Assembly (NCBI GenBank): GCA_016930695.1
Contig: JAFGGD010000034.1
Span: forward strand, 135,375 to 199,374
Source of the DNA: Candidatus Eiseniibacteriota bacterium
Lineage (GTDB): Bacteria; Orphanbacterota; Orphanbacteria; Orphanbacterales; Orphanbacteraceae
Direction of reading: 5' to 3'
DNA: 64,000 bases
Within the stretch, counting starts at the first letter, position 1; every line of letters begins with the position of its first letter. Position numbers and translations under genes: made by a program. Under the pieces are notes generated by a model that saw only the letters and a list, made by a program, of their open reading frames with translations, did not search any database and was not told the origin of the DNA. Of the stretch, positions 38,471 through 48,530 are shown in pieces.

Positions 38471-39451
38471 ATGGCCGAGGCCTTTCTCGAATTCGAAAAA
38501 CCGATCGCCGAGCTGGAGGCGAGGATCGAGGACCTGCGCCGCCTCGCCGACCAGGAGGGGCTCGAGGTCGCCGACGAGCTGCACAAGCTCGAAAAGAAGG
38601 CGGACAAACTCCGCCGGGACGTGTTCAGCAAACTCACCCGGTGGCAGAGGGTGCAGCTCGCCCGCCATCCCCTGCGCCCCTACAGCCTGGATTACGTCTC
38701 CCGCATGATGGACGACTTCATCGAGCTGCACGGCGATCGGCTCTTCGCGGACGACGGCGCGATCGTCGCCGGCCTCGCCACGTTCGAGGGACGGCGGATC
38801 GTTTTGATCGGCCAGCAGAAGGGGCGGGACACCAAGGAGAAGCTGAAGAGAAACTTCGGCTCCGCCCACCCGGAGGGGTATCGGAAGGCGCTCCGCATGA
38901 TGCACATGGGCGCCAAGTTTCGTCTTCCCGTCGTCTGTTTCGTCGACACGCAGGGGGCTTTCCCCGGAATAGGCGCCGAGGAGAGGGGACAGGCGCGGGC
39001 GATCGCCGAGAACATCCTGGTGATGACCCGTCTCCCCACGCCGATCGTGATCGTCATCATCGGCGAAGGGGGGAGCGGGGGCGCGCTCGCCGTCGCCGTC
39101 GGAGACCGGGTCCTGATGCAGGAGAACGCGGTCTACTCCGTGATCTCGCCGGAGGGATGCGCCGCCATTCTTTGGAAAGACCGCGCCATGGCGGAGCGCG
39201 CGGCGGATGCGCTCCGAATCTCCGCGCCGGACATGATCGAGCAAGGCGTGGTCGATGTGTTGGTGGAGGAGCCGCTCGGCGGGGCGCACAGGGACGTGGA
39301 GGCGGCCACCGGTTTTCTCCGCGCGGCGCTCCGCGATGTCCTCGCCGACCTGGACGGCATCCCCATCGACCGGCTCCTCGAGGAGCGGGCCCAGAAGTAT
39401 CTGCGGATCGGACCCTTTCACGAGGAGGGGGGCGGCGTCTCCAAGGGATGA
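38471..39451 (+). CDS. accA: acetyl-CoA carboxylase carboxyltransferase alpha subunit
   Basis: 'RLPVVCFVDTQGAFPGIGAEERGQ' and 'IGEGGSGGALA' oxyanion motifs; 326 aa. Confidence 0.9.
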   Translation: MAEAFLEFEKPIAELEARIEDLRRLADQEGLEVADELHKLEKKADKLRRDVFSKLTRWQRVQLARHPLRPYSLDYVSRMMDDFIELHGDRLFADDGAIVAGLATFEGRRIVLIGQQKGRDTKEKLKRNFGSAHPEGYRKALRMMHMGAKFRLPVVCFVDTQGAFPGIGAEERGQARAIAENILVMTRLPTPIVIVIIGEGGSGGALAVAVGDRVLMQENAVYSVISPEGCAAILWKDRAMAERAADALRISAPDMIEQGVVDVLVEEPLGGAHRDVEAATGFLRAALRDVLADLDGIPIDRLLEERAQKYLRIGPFHEEGGGVSKG

Positions 39452-39653
39452 CAGGGTGTTCCCGCCAGGAGACATTCCCCCGGAGGGGGACGGGGACGGG
39501 GATCTTGAAATCCATTGATTTATCGTTAGTTCCCGTTTTCCAAACCGGAGCGTCCGGGGTACGTTTCTTGCGTTTCTTCTACCGGAATGTCCCCCCCCGC
39601 GTGGGGGGCGGTCGGGGGCGCGGCGCCGAGCGGTCGGCCCGGAGCTTCCGGCG

Positions 39654-40043
39654 ATGACCGCGGTGACGCACGCGGCGGTCGGAGGGGCGATCGGGGCCCT
39701 CGGCATCGGAGGATCCCCCGGATCGTTTCTCCTCGGATTCGCCGCCCACGCGCCGCTCGATCTGGTTCCCCATTGGGACATACGGAATCGATGGATCGAC
39801 ACGGCGCTTACTGTCGGTGGGCTCGGCGCGCTGCTCCTCTGGACCGGACCCTCGCCGGTATTCTGGGGAGCGTGTGGAGGCGCGCTTCCGGACCTGGAGC
39901 ATCTTCTCCCGCTCCGCCGCAAGTTGCTCCCGTTCCACGGCGAACGGCACGGTCGGGCCTTGGGGCGACTTCATGCGGCGACGCAGGGGTTCTTGCTGAT
40001 CGCCTGCGTATTGTGTATCGCTTGGGTATCGGGGAAAGGATGA
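39654..40043 (+). CDS. small membrane protein, possibly YdjM/DUF457-like membrane-bound metal-dependent hydrolase
   Basis: 'MTAVTHAAVGGAIGALG' N-terminus resembles YdjM; 3-4 TM; high GC3. Stop forms an ATGA overlap with the following gene. Confidence 0.45.
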   Translation: MTAVTHAAVGGAIGALGIGGSPGSFLLGFAAHAPLDLVPHWDIRNRWIDTALTVGGLGALLLWTGPSPVFWGACGGALPDLEHLLPLRRKLLPFHGERHGRALGRLHAATQGFLLIACVLCIAWVSGKG

Positions 40044-43000
40044 TGTCGATGCGAGCGGAAAGGCTGCGCGAGGGGATCCGAGCGGTGGCGGCCGCGGCCG
40101 TCCTTCTCGGCGCGACCCTCCCGGCGGCGGCCGGCGACGCGGTCCGGATCGTCGAACAGAACGAGAGCGGGCTGATTCTCCATTTCGTTCTGCCCGAGCT
40201 GCGTGAAACCGCCCGGGGCGAGGAGACGATCGCTCTGGACGCGGAGGGATTCTCCCGAGTCGCCCTTCCGGGAATGCCCTCCGTGCCGATCCGGGACTTC
40301 GTGATCGCCCTTCCGCCCGGCGCCTCCGCCGTTTTGGAGGTGACGGCGGAGCGCGTGGAGAGAACGGATCGTTATCGAATCGCCCCGGTGCCCCTTCTCA
40401 CCCGGGACGAAGAGCCGATCGTTCCCGACGATCCCGATTTTCTGCGGCCGCTCGGTGCGAGCGGCTGGGCGCGCCTCTCGGAGCCGACCCGTCTACGGGA
40501 TCAGCGGGTGGCGACCCTCTCCCTCTTGCCGGTCCTGCACGACTGGGAGAGCGGGGAGACGGCGATTTTGCGCGAGGGGACGATCCGAGTCCGTTTCCGT
40601 GGAGGGGAACGCTCCGGTTCGCCGCGCGTCTCCGGCCGGGAGGACCGCTTCGAGCCGGTCTACCGGGGCGTTCTCTTGAACTATGAAAGTTCCCGGGAAT
40701 GGCGGTCCGCACCCGAGGCGCCGGCGGGGAAGCGTCTCGAGGAGACGGACAGCTTCTCCTCCGCCGCCGAGTGGATCCGGATCGAGGTGGATTCTCTCGG
40801 GCTCTACCGCGTCACCTACGAAGATCTCGTCGCGGCCGGGTTGACGGACCCGCGGGGCTCCATCGGCAACGCCCGCAAAATCCGGATGTACACCGGGACG
40901 GGCCTCCCTCTTCCGGAGATGGAGACGCTCCCCCGGCCCGCCTGGATGGAACAGGCGGCGATCCGCGTGGTCGGCGAGGAGGACGGCTCCTTCGACCCGG
41001 GGGACCGGATCGAGTTCTACGGCGTTCCCTTGAGCGCCTGGCTCGGCGAGCTGGTGCCGGACACCACGCTCTTCTGGGAGCACGTGGAGCATCCCTGGGC
41101 GAATCGGAACGTCTATTGGCTCGCCTGGGGGGAGGGCTTCTCCGAGCCGGTGAAGGCGCGTATCTCCGAGGCGGCCGCCGGCTCCGGCGTCGCCGGCGCG
41201 GCGACGGCGCTTCCCAAGAGCACCTTCATGGATCGGATCCATCTGGAGGAGAACAAGGTCCAAGACCTCACCCGTTACGGCGACGACGGTTGGTTTTTCG
41301 AGGAGTACACGCCGACGCAGAGCAGTCGATTCCACGATCCTTATCTCACGGACGCCGATATCACCCGGGAGGCGAACCTGCGGATCCAGTTCTACCACCG
41401 TTCTCTGGAGACTCAGCAGCAGTACTGCGGCAACGAGGTCGCTTGGATCAAACTGAACGCGGACCCCGACTCCGCCCGCTTCCCCTGGGACAGCTGCCGG
41501 AAGCAGGTGGACACCACCGTCGTATTCCACGGCGGCGTCGGCGAGCCGGACACCATCGTGACGAGCCACATCATGCCCGCCCGCTTCGACAGCACGGGCT
41601 ACACCATTCGGAACGGCTACAACCGGGTCGTCATCACCGCCCGGGGACGGCAGCAATTCTATCTCTCCTGGATCGAAGTGGGATACGAGCGTTTCCTTCG
41701 CGCGAGGAACGAGAAGCTGCACTTCCGTTTCGAGGACGAAGGGATGCTTCGCGTCCCGATCCAGGGGATGAACGCCGCCGACGCGCGGGTTTTCGACGTC
41801 AGCGATCCCGGGAACATCGTGGAGATGACCGGGTTCGCCTCCTCCGGAGACAGCATCGTTCTCTGGCTTTCGCCGAACGGCGGGGCGAGCTATCACGCCG
41901 CGAACGACGCGGCCTGGAGGACGCCGCCGCTGGTGGAGAGGATCGTTCCGGCGGGTCTCCGCAACACCTCTTCCGGCGCCGAATACCTGGTGATCTGCTA
42001 TGACGATTTTCTTGCGCCGATACGGGATCTGATCAACCATCGCTCCGCCGAGTACTCCACCCGTCTGGTGAAGCTCTCGGACGTGTACAACGAGTTCTCC
42101 TGGGGAGTGCCCGATCCGGCGGCGGTGAGGGACTTCGTCTCCTTCGCCTACCACAACTGGCCGGAAGGAGAGCGTCCTCTTTTCCTCCTCCTCGTCGGGG
42201 ATGCCACCTCCGAGTTCAAGGACTACACCCTTTCCACATTCGAGACATTGCTCCCCACGCGCTTCCGGATCGATCCGGCCGGCAGCTCGGTGATGACCTA
42301 CGCCGCCGACGACTACTTCACCTACGTGGATCCGATCGAGGGGGGAAGGGACTGGGCGCCGGACCTGGCGATCGGCCGATTCCCGGTGAATTCCGCGGGG
42401 GAGGCGGAGATTCTCGTTCAAAAGGTGATCGAGTACGAGACCGATCCCGACCTGGGATCCTGGAAGAACCGGTTCCTCTTCCTCGCCGACGACGAGATCA
42501 AAGCGGGGACGACGAGCGGGTACGATTGCGGGTTCCTTCTCACGCACACGGAGGATTGCGACGCCGCGGCGAAGGCGATCCCCTCCTCCTACGACCGGGA
42601 CAAGTTATACATGGTCGAGTACCCGCTCAGCTCGGCCGGCCTCAAGCCGCTCGCCAAGGAGGACTACATCGGCTGGATCCGGGACGGCTTCCTCCTCTCC
42701 AACTACCTGGGGCACGGCGGCACGGACAAGATGGCCGACGAGGACCTCTTCTCCACGCCGGACGTGGCGCCGGAAATTCTCATCAACGGCGGGCGGCTCC
42801 ATATCTTCTGCGCCTATTCCTGCTCCATCGGGAGCTTCGACCTGCTCGACAAGAACTCGATCGCCGAAATCCTTCTGAAGATGCGGGGGGCGGGCGCGAT
42901 CGGCTCCTTCTCCTCCAACGCGCCCGCGTTCGGCAACGCCAGTAACCAGCTGAATGTCCGCTTCATCCGGAGCCTTCTGCCCGAGCAGAACCGGACCGTG

Positions 43001-44242
43001 CCGATCGGTTTCGCCGCCCAAACGGCGAAGGCGCTCAGCGGAGATTTCTTCTACGCGCAGAAACAGAACGACGAGAAATACACCCTTCTGGCGGATCCCG
43101 CCCTCCGGATCGCGGTCCCGCGTTACGACGTGCGTCTCCAGGGGGGCGGCGGGATCGAGTTCCAGAAAGGGACCGTCGACACCCTATTCGGCGAGGTGGT
43201 CGATTCCCTCGGCGCCCGGATCGCCGGTTTCAACGGGCTGGCGGACATCGAGATCAAGGGAATGGCGGACACGTCCGGGTACTCCTTCCTCGATATGTGG
43301 TGCACCGGCACCTCATCGAACCCGCGGGAGCTTTCGGTCGATTACAGCCTCTACGGCCCCACCTTCTTCCGCGGCACCGTGGAGGTGGCGGGCGGGGTCT
43401 TCGCCGCCCCCTACTTCGTCCCCCTGGACACCCGGACCGGCGACCTCGGCAGGGCGCGGGCCTATGTGTACGACGCCTCCGGCGGTCGGGACGGCGCGGG
43501 CGGCACGGATTCCGTAAGCATCATCCCGGAGCCGCCGGGCGCGGTTTTCGAGGACCAGGAGGGACCGTCGGTGGAGATCACCGTCGACGGCGCCCCCTTC
43601 CGGGACGGCATCAGCTTCACCCGGAACGCGCTCTTCCGGCTTCGCCTCGAGGACCAAAGCGGCATCAACCTGCAGGAGATCGACAATTACTTCACGGTTC
43701 ACATGGTGATCGATCGCGGCCAGCCGGTGGTGCTCTCTTCCTATTTCGCCTATGATACAGGCAGTTACCGGAAGGGAGATCTGTCGGTCCGCTTCTCCGA
43801 AATCGCCGGCACCTTCCTCTCGGAGGGGGTGCATGAGCTGTCGATCCGGGCGGCCGACAACCTGAACAACCGGACCGAACTGGACTATCAGATCTTTCTC
43901 GTCGGCGAGGACGAACAACTCGCGTTCCGCTCTCCCGTGCTCAATTATCCGAATCCCTTCGATCCGGAGCGGCACGGGAAAACGGATATCGTCGTGGACC
44001 TCTCCCGGAGCGCGGGCGTGACGGTGCAGGTCTTGACGACCACGGGAAAAAGAATAAAGGAATTAAGAGGAAACACGGCTTCCGGCGGGCTGCGTCTGCA
44101 GATCGGCTGGGACGGAACGGACCAGGACGGGGACAGGGTCGCGAACGGCGTGTACCTGGTTCGCGTGGTGGCCGTGACGGATGACGGCTCCCAAAAGGCC
44201 GAAGAGATCGGCAAGGCCGTCGTGCTCCGCGGGGCGCGCTAG
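40040..44242 (+). CDS. porU: peptidase C25 (gingipain-fold) family protein with a T9SS C-terminal sorting domain; PorU-like T9SS C-terminal signal peptidase candidate
   Basis: Signal peptide. Catalytic dyad contexts 'NYLGHGGTDKMADEDLF' (His) and 'HIFCAYSCSIGSFD' (Cys). C-terminal ~90 aa 'NYPNPFDP...VTVQVLTTTGKRIKEL...WDGTDQDGDRVANGVYLVRVVAV' matches the Por_Secre_tail / FlgD-Ig-like CTD. Immediately followed by a PorV-family gene, as porU-porV are in Bacteroidota. Confidence 0.7.
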   Translation: MMSMRAERLREGIRAVAAAAVLLGATLPAAAGDAVRIVEQNESGLILHFVLPELRETARGEETIALDAEGFSRVALPGMPSVPIRDFVIALPPGASAVLEVTAERVERTDRYRIAPVPLLTRDEEPIVPDDPDFLRPLGASGWARLSEPTRLRDQRVATLSLLPVLHDWESGETAILREGTIRVRFRGGERSGSPRVSGREDRFEPVYRGVLLNYESSREWRSAPEAPAGKRLEETDSFSSAAEWIRIEVDSLGLYRVTYEDLVAAGLTDPRGSIGNARKIRMYTGTGLPLPEMETLPRPAWMEQAAIRVVGEEDGSFDPGDRIEFYGVPLSAWLGELVPDTTLFWEHVEHPWANRNVYWLAWGEGFSEPVKARISEAAAGSGVAGAATALPKSTFMDRIHLEENKVQDLTRYGDDGWFFEEYTPTQSSRFHDPYLTDADITREANLRIQFYHRSLETQQQYCGNEVAWIKLNADPDSARFPWDSCRKQVDTTVVFHGGVGEPDTIVTSHIMPARFDSTGYTIRNGYNRVVITARGRQQFYLSWIEVGYERFLRARNEKLHFRFEDEGMLRVPIQGMNAADARVFDVSDPGNIVEMTGFASSGDSIVLWLSPNGGASYHAANDAAWRTPPLVERIVPAGLRNTSSGAEYLVICYDDFLAPIRDLINHRSAEYSTRLVKLSDVYNEFSWGVPDPAAVRDFVSFAYHNWPEGERPLFLLLVGDATSEFKDYTLSTFETLLPTRFRIDPAGSSVMTYAADDYFTYVDPIEGGRDWAPDLAIGRFPVNSAGEAEILVQKVIEYETDPDLGSWKNRFLFLADDEIKAGTTSGYDCGFLLTHTEDCDAAAKAIPSSYDRDKLYMVEYPLSSAGLKPLAKEDYIGWIRDGFLLSNYLGHGGTDKMADEDLFSTPDVAPEILINGGRLHIFCAYSCSIGSFDLLDKNSIAEILLKMRGAGAIGSFSSNAPAFGNASNQLNVRFIRSLLPEQNRTVPIGFAAQTAKALSGDFFYAQKQNDEKYTLLADPALRIAVPRYDVRLQGGGGIEFQKGTVDTLFGEVVDSLGARIAGFNGLADIEIKGMADTSGYSFLDMWCTGTSSNPRELSVDYSLYGPTFFRGTVEVAGGVFAAPYFVPLDTRTGDLGRARAYVYDASGGRDGAGGTDSVSIIPEPPGAVFEDQEGPSVEITVDGAPFRDGISFTRNALFRLRLEDQSGINLQEIDNYFTVHMVIDRGQPVVLSSYFAYDTGSYRKGDLSVRFSEIAGTFLSEGVHELSIRAADNLNNRTELDYQIFLVGEDEQLAFRSPVLNYPNPFDPERHGKTDIVVDLSRSAGVTVQVLTTTGKRIKELRGNTASGGLRLQIGWDGTDQDGDRVANGVYLVRVVAVTDDGSQKAEEIGKAVVLRGAR

Positions 44243-44317
44243 GCGGGCCCCCGCTTCCAAAGAACGGGAAACGTGTCCCCCGGGGGCACGAGAGTAAATC
44301 GGAGAGGAGAGAACAAG

Positions 44318-45301
44318 ATGAACCGAGCGTACCGTACCGGAACCCTGTTGGCGGCGGCGGCCCTGGCCGTTTCGCTCGCGGCGCCGGCCTTCGCCGTCTC
44401 CGACGGGGCTCCTCAGTCGATCGCCCCGCTCATGACGCCCAACGCGCGCGCCGCGGGGATGGGACAGTGTTTCGTGTCCATCGCCGACGACGCCACCGCC
44501 GGATTCTGGAACCCCGCCGGTCTCGCCTGGCAGACCGGGCCGGACGTGGTGCTGATGTACTCCAAACTCGCCGAGGGCTTGGCGGACGACATCTCCTACA
44601 ACTACCTGGCCTACTCGCGGCCGATGTGGGGGGGCGGACTCGGCGTCTCCATGATCTTCCTGAACCTGGGGATGTCGGACATCATCTCCGAAGACGGCGC
44701 CCTGCTCGGGGACTTCAACTCCTTCGACTTCATCCCCATGGTTTCCTACGGCGCCACGCTGACGCCGGACCTCGCCTACGGCGCGACCTTCAAGTTCATC
44801 TATTCGCGTCTCTCGCCGGACATCAAGGAACTGGGGATCGACGACGGCACGGGGGTCTCCATCGCCGGCGACCTCGCCATGCTCTACCGGATCCCGGGGC
44901 TCGGCGTTCAGGCCGGCGTGCTCGTCCAGAACATGGGGCTGGACATCACCTACAACGACCAGAACCAGCCGGAGGACCTGCCGCGGAACGTGAAGGCGGG
45001 AGTCACCTGGTACGTGCTGGACAATCAGCTCAACAAGCTCCTCCTGACCGCCGAGGTGACCAAGAACCTCGTCTATTGGGAAGGGGAAGCGATCGACAAG
45101 TTCGGCGCCGAGTACGTGTATTACGACATGGCCGCCGGCCGGATCGGCTATATCTACGATTGGGAAGGGAAGATCACCGACATCACCTTCGGCCTCGGTT
45201 TCAAGATCAAGTCGATCGGTCTTCGTTTCGATTGGGCCAGCGTCCCCCAGGCGGAGGATCTTCCGAGGGTGAACCGTTTCGCGCTCGGTTTCAATTACTA
45301 G
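44318..45301 (+). CDS. porV: PorV/PorQ-family outer membrane beta-barrel protein (T9SS shuttle/attachment component)
   Basis: Signal peptide, then the family-defining 'AAGMGQCFVSIADDATAGFWNPAGLA'; 327 aa barrel ending 'FALGFNY'. GGAGAGGAGA RBS. Confidence 0.75.
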   Translation: MNRAYRTGTLLAAAALAVSLAAPAFAVSDGAPQSIAPLMTPNARAAGMGQCFVSIADDATAGFWNPAGLAWQTGPDVVLMYSKLAEGLADDISYNYLAYSRPMWGGGLGVSMIFLNLGMSDIISEDGALLGDFNSFDFIPMVSYGATLTPDLAYGATFKFIYSRLSPDIKELGIDDGTGVSIAGDLAMLYRIPGLGVQAGVLVQNMGLDITYNDQNQPEDLPRNVKAGVTWYVLDNQLNKLLLTAEVTKNLVYWEGEAIDKFGAEYVYYDMAAGRIGYIYDWEGKITDITFGLGFKIKSIGLRFDWASVPQAEDLPRVNRFALGFNY

Positions 45302-45338
45302 AGCATCAGGAGCAGCGGCCCCCCGAGAAGGTCTACGG

Positions 45339-48300
45339 ATGAAACGAAACATCGTCGCGGGATTGGCGCTCTTTCTCTCCGCGCTCCCGTTCTGCGTGAA
45401 TCCCGCGTCGGGTGGGGAAAGGGAGGTCCGCCTGCGCGGGCTCTCCGCCGTCTCGTCGGCCGGCGCGCGCGCCGAGTCGCCCCGCCTCCGCCGATTTCCG
45501 GACGTGATCGGATCGGGTCCTCTCCGCCCGATCCTTCCCGGTTCGGGGCGGACCTACGAAGACATTCTCGCCGGCAAGGCGCTCGCCCCGGAGGCCACGC
45601 TCCGGATCGCCCTCTTCCGGATCGAGTTCGAGAACGACTCGGCGGGGGACCTCACCACCGGCGACGGCCGTTTCGATCTCTCCGACGGCCGGGACACGTG
45701 GCTCATCGACGCGCCCCCGCACGATTCGACCTACATGGACACGCACATGCAGGTCCTCGGTCGCTTTCTGTACGCTCAGTCCTACGGCAGGGTGAACCTG
45801 GAGTGGCGCATTTTCCCGGACGATCCGCGCGCCGCCTACCGCCTGGACGACACGGCGGACTATCTCCCCGCCGGGAGCCCGGGCTCGTGGACGATGCAGG
45901 ATCAGACCGACCACTTGATCCAGTTCTGCGTCGACGCGATCCGCCTCGTGGACGACACGGACTCGAACGTGGTCTTCGCCGACTACGACGGCTTCATGCT
46001 GGTTCACGCCGGTCCGGATCTGCAGACCGACGTGAACGGCGACTCGCCCGGCGACATCCCCAGCTTTTTCCTCTCCTTCGGCGACGAGGACGAGATCTTC
46101 GTGGACAAGAGGTCGGAGGGGGACAGCCTGCGGGTGAACGGCGTGACGGTGGTTCCCGAGTACGCGAGCCAGGACGGTTTCTGGTTCGGTCTGAACGGCG
46201 TGATCGCCCACGAGATGGGGCACCAGCTCGGCCTGCCGGACCTGTACAACACCGCCTACAGCTGGCCCGCCATCGGTTATTGGGGGCTGATGGACAGCGG
46301 CGGCCTTCTCTCCATCGACGCGGGGGACGTGTATCTCGGCAGCGTGATCCCCGCGTCCTTCTGCGCCTGGTCGAAGGCCTATCTCGGATGGGTGCGACCG
46401 GAGGTGATCACCTCCTCCCGGGCGCTCCGCCTCGCCTGCGCCACCGATCTCGAGCCGGTAGAGGATCTCCCCCGCTACGCCGTCGTGCCGGTGAACGACA
46501 AGGAATACTACCTTCTCGAGAACCGGTGCGGTCTCGCCGAGGGCGCATTCGCCGCCAAGCTGGACACGGTGAACAACGTGATCCTCGGACCGGTCAGCGA
46601 CGACGAGGAGGAACGCTTCACCTACGATTACGACTACGCCCTCCCCGGGTGGGGGCTGCTCGTTTGGCACATCAACGAAAGAAAGCTCGATCCGGAAAGC
46701 CTCTTCTGGACGAACGACGTGAACGTGGACTACTTCGACCGCGGCGTGGAGCTGGAAGAAGCGGACGGCATCAAGGATCTGGGGAATCCCTACTCCGCCT
46801 ACTGGGAGGGGAGCGCCTACGATCCCTACTACGAGGGAAACGCGGTCCGCTTCGGGCCGGACACGGCCCCCAACTCGAACCTGACCGACGGCGCCCCTTC
46901 GCTGGTGACCATCGACGGCGTCGGCCCGCCGGGACGGATCATCGACCTCACCCTGGAGCTGGGCCGCGCCGTGCCCGGTTGGCCGGTTCCTCTTCATGAG
47001 GACACCCTCGCCGTGATCCCCTCGGGGCTCGTCGCCGCCGCGACCGGAGCGGGGAACGCGATCGCCGCCTTCTGGTCGGTCGTCGACACGGCCGGCGTCG
47101 AGCACCCATGGCTCACCGTCGCCTCTCCGGGGGACACGAGCGGGCCGACGCTCCAGCGAGTCGCCGCGCCCGGGCCGCTCCGGGGACGCCCCGTCGCCGG
47201 CGATGCCGTGCCGGCGCTCCCCGGCGAGGAGATCCTCGCGATCCTCGGCGGCCGCGCCTATCGGATCGATCCCTCCGCGGAGGAGGTCCTGATCGACCTC
47301 GGTTCCTGCGGCGCCGCGGGCGTTCTCGCCGGACCGATTCTGCTGAACGTGACCGAGGACGAAGGGTTGGAGATGGTCCTCGCCGAGGGGGAGAGCCTGT
47401 CGGTATACGGCGTGGACGAGAACGCCGTCCGGGTCGTCCTTCGCGAGCACCTCCCTTACGGGATTCTCTCCAACCTGACCGCCCCGCGTATGGAGGACGG
47501 CACGCCGGTGGTGGTGTACGTGGCGGGCGATGGTGTGATCGATGTCGATACCTTGAATGGGGCGCCCGCCGCGAAACGTGGTCCCGCCGCCGTCGCGAAG
47601 AGGGAGGGGGGCGCGCCGCCGGTGACGGTGTTCGCCGCCGATCTGGACGGCGAGCCGGGGCAGGAGATCGTTTTCGTAACGGACTATGGGACCGTCGGCG
47701 CCCTCACCGGCGACGGGAGCGCCTATCTTCCCGGATGGCCCGATTCGGTGGAGGGAGGAACGACCGGGGAGCCCTTCCTCTGCGACCGGAACGGCGACGG
47801 GGAACCGGAGATCGCGATTCCCGCCGGGCCGCGGCTGGTCCTTCTCGAGAAGAACGGCGTCCTCGCCGAGGACACCCCCTACGGGATCCCCCCCTACCTC
47901 GACTTCGGCTACGATCTCGGCGGGAACGGAATCGCGGGCGCGATCGCCGGCGAGAACATCGTGGCCCCTCTCGTCGGGGACGGCGGCGGCCGGATCTGGC
48001 TCTGGGAGAAGAAGGAGAAGGCTTTCGAGGGATGGCCGGTTTCGACGGGGAGCGGCGCGTCGGCGGTGGTCGCGGCGGCGATCCCCGGCGCCGCGGAGAC
48101 GGCTCTCTTCTCCCTGCCGGACGACGGCTTCCTCTACGCCTTCCCGGCGGCCGAGATCGATCTCGCCCGTCTCCTCTGGGCGGGTCCCGGCGGCGGGGGG
48201 GAGGGCCGCTTCTCCGCCCGCGACGAGGCGCTCGCCGAGCCGCATTCCCCGGGCGGCGGCGCGGCGATCGCCCGCGCTTACGTCTATCCCAATCCGGCGC

Positions 48301-48530
48301 GCGGCGAGGAGGCGACCGTTCGCTATCGCCTCACCGCCCCGGCCGACGTGACGGTACGGCTGCACGACCTGACCGGGGAAAGAGTTTCGGTTGTCCTTTC
48401 CGAACCGACCGGGTATTTTGGGGAGAACGAAGTCGTGATTCGCACCGGCGATCTCGCGAGCGGGCTCTACTTCGTCCGCGTCGAGGCCGGCTCGGAGGTG
48501 GAACTGGTGAAACTGGCGGTGCTCCGATGA
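45339..48530 (+). CDS. M6 (immune inhibitor A-like) family metalloprotease with a T9SS C-terminal sorting domain (putative T9SS cargo)
   Basis: Signal peptide; 'IAHEMGHQLGLPDLY' matches the M6 HExxHxxGxxD motif. C-terminal 'YVYPNPARGEEATVRY...VTVRLHDLTGERV...ASGLYFVRVEAG' matches the T9SS CTD. Confidence 0.8.
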   Translation: MKRNIVAGLALFLSALPFCVNPASGGEREVRLRGLSAVSSAGARAESPRLRRFPDVIGSGPLRPILPGSGRTYEDILAGKALAPEATLRIALFRIEFENDSAGDLTTGDGRFDLSDGRDTWLIDAPPHDSTYMDTHMQVLGRFLYAQSYGRVNLEWRIFPDDPRAAYRLDDTADYLPAGSPGSWTMQDQTDHLIQFCVDAIRLVDDTDSNVVFADYDGFMLVHAGPDLQTDVNGDSPGDIPSFFLSFGDEDEIFVDKRSEGDSLRVNGVTVVPEYASQDGFWFGLNGVIAHEMGHQLGLPDLYNTAYSWPAIGYWGLMDSGGLLSIDAGDVYLGSVIPASFCAWSKAYLGWVRPEVITSSRALRLACATDLEPVEDLPRYAVVPVNDKEYYLLENRCGLAEGAFAAKLDTVNNVILGPVSDDEEERFTYDYDYALPGWGLLVWHINERKLDPESLFWTNDVNVDYFDRGVELEEADGIKDLGNPYSAYWEGSAYDPYYEGNAVRFGPDTAPNSNLTDGAPSLVTIDGVGPPGRIIDLTLELGRAVPGWPVPLHEDTLAVIPSGLVAAATGAGNAIAAFWSVVDTAGVEHPWLTVASPGDTSGPTLQRVAAPGPLRGRPVAGDAVPALPGEEILAILGGRAYRIDPSAEEVLIDLGSCGAAGVLAGPILLNVTEDEGLEMVLAEGESLSVYGVDENAVRVVLREHLPYGILSNLTAPRMEDGTPVVVYVAGDGVIDVDTLNGAPAAKRGPAAVAKREGGAPPVTVFAADLDGEPGQEIVFVTDYGTVGALTGDGSAYLPGWPDSVEGGTTGEPFLCDRNGDGEPEIAIPAGPRLVLLEKNGVLAEDTPYGIPPYLDFGYDLGGNGIAGAIAGENIVAPLVGDGGGRIWLWEKKEKAFEGWPVSTGSGASAVVAAAIPGAAETALFSLPDDGFLYAFPAAEIDLARLLWAGPGGGGEGRFSARDEALAEPHSPGGGAAIARAYVYPNPARGEEATVRYRLTAPADVTVRLHDLTGERVSVVLSEPTGYFGENEVVIRTGDLASGLYFVRVEAGSEVELVKLAVLR

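Noticed and set aside
39587-40039. 151-codon N-terminal extension of the PorU-like ORF
   Set aside because: It overlaps accA's downstream region and the YdjM-like gene. The signal peptide starts at the ATG at 40040.
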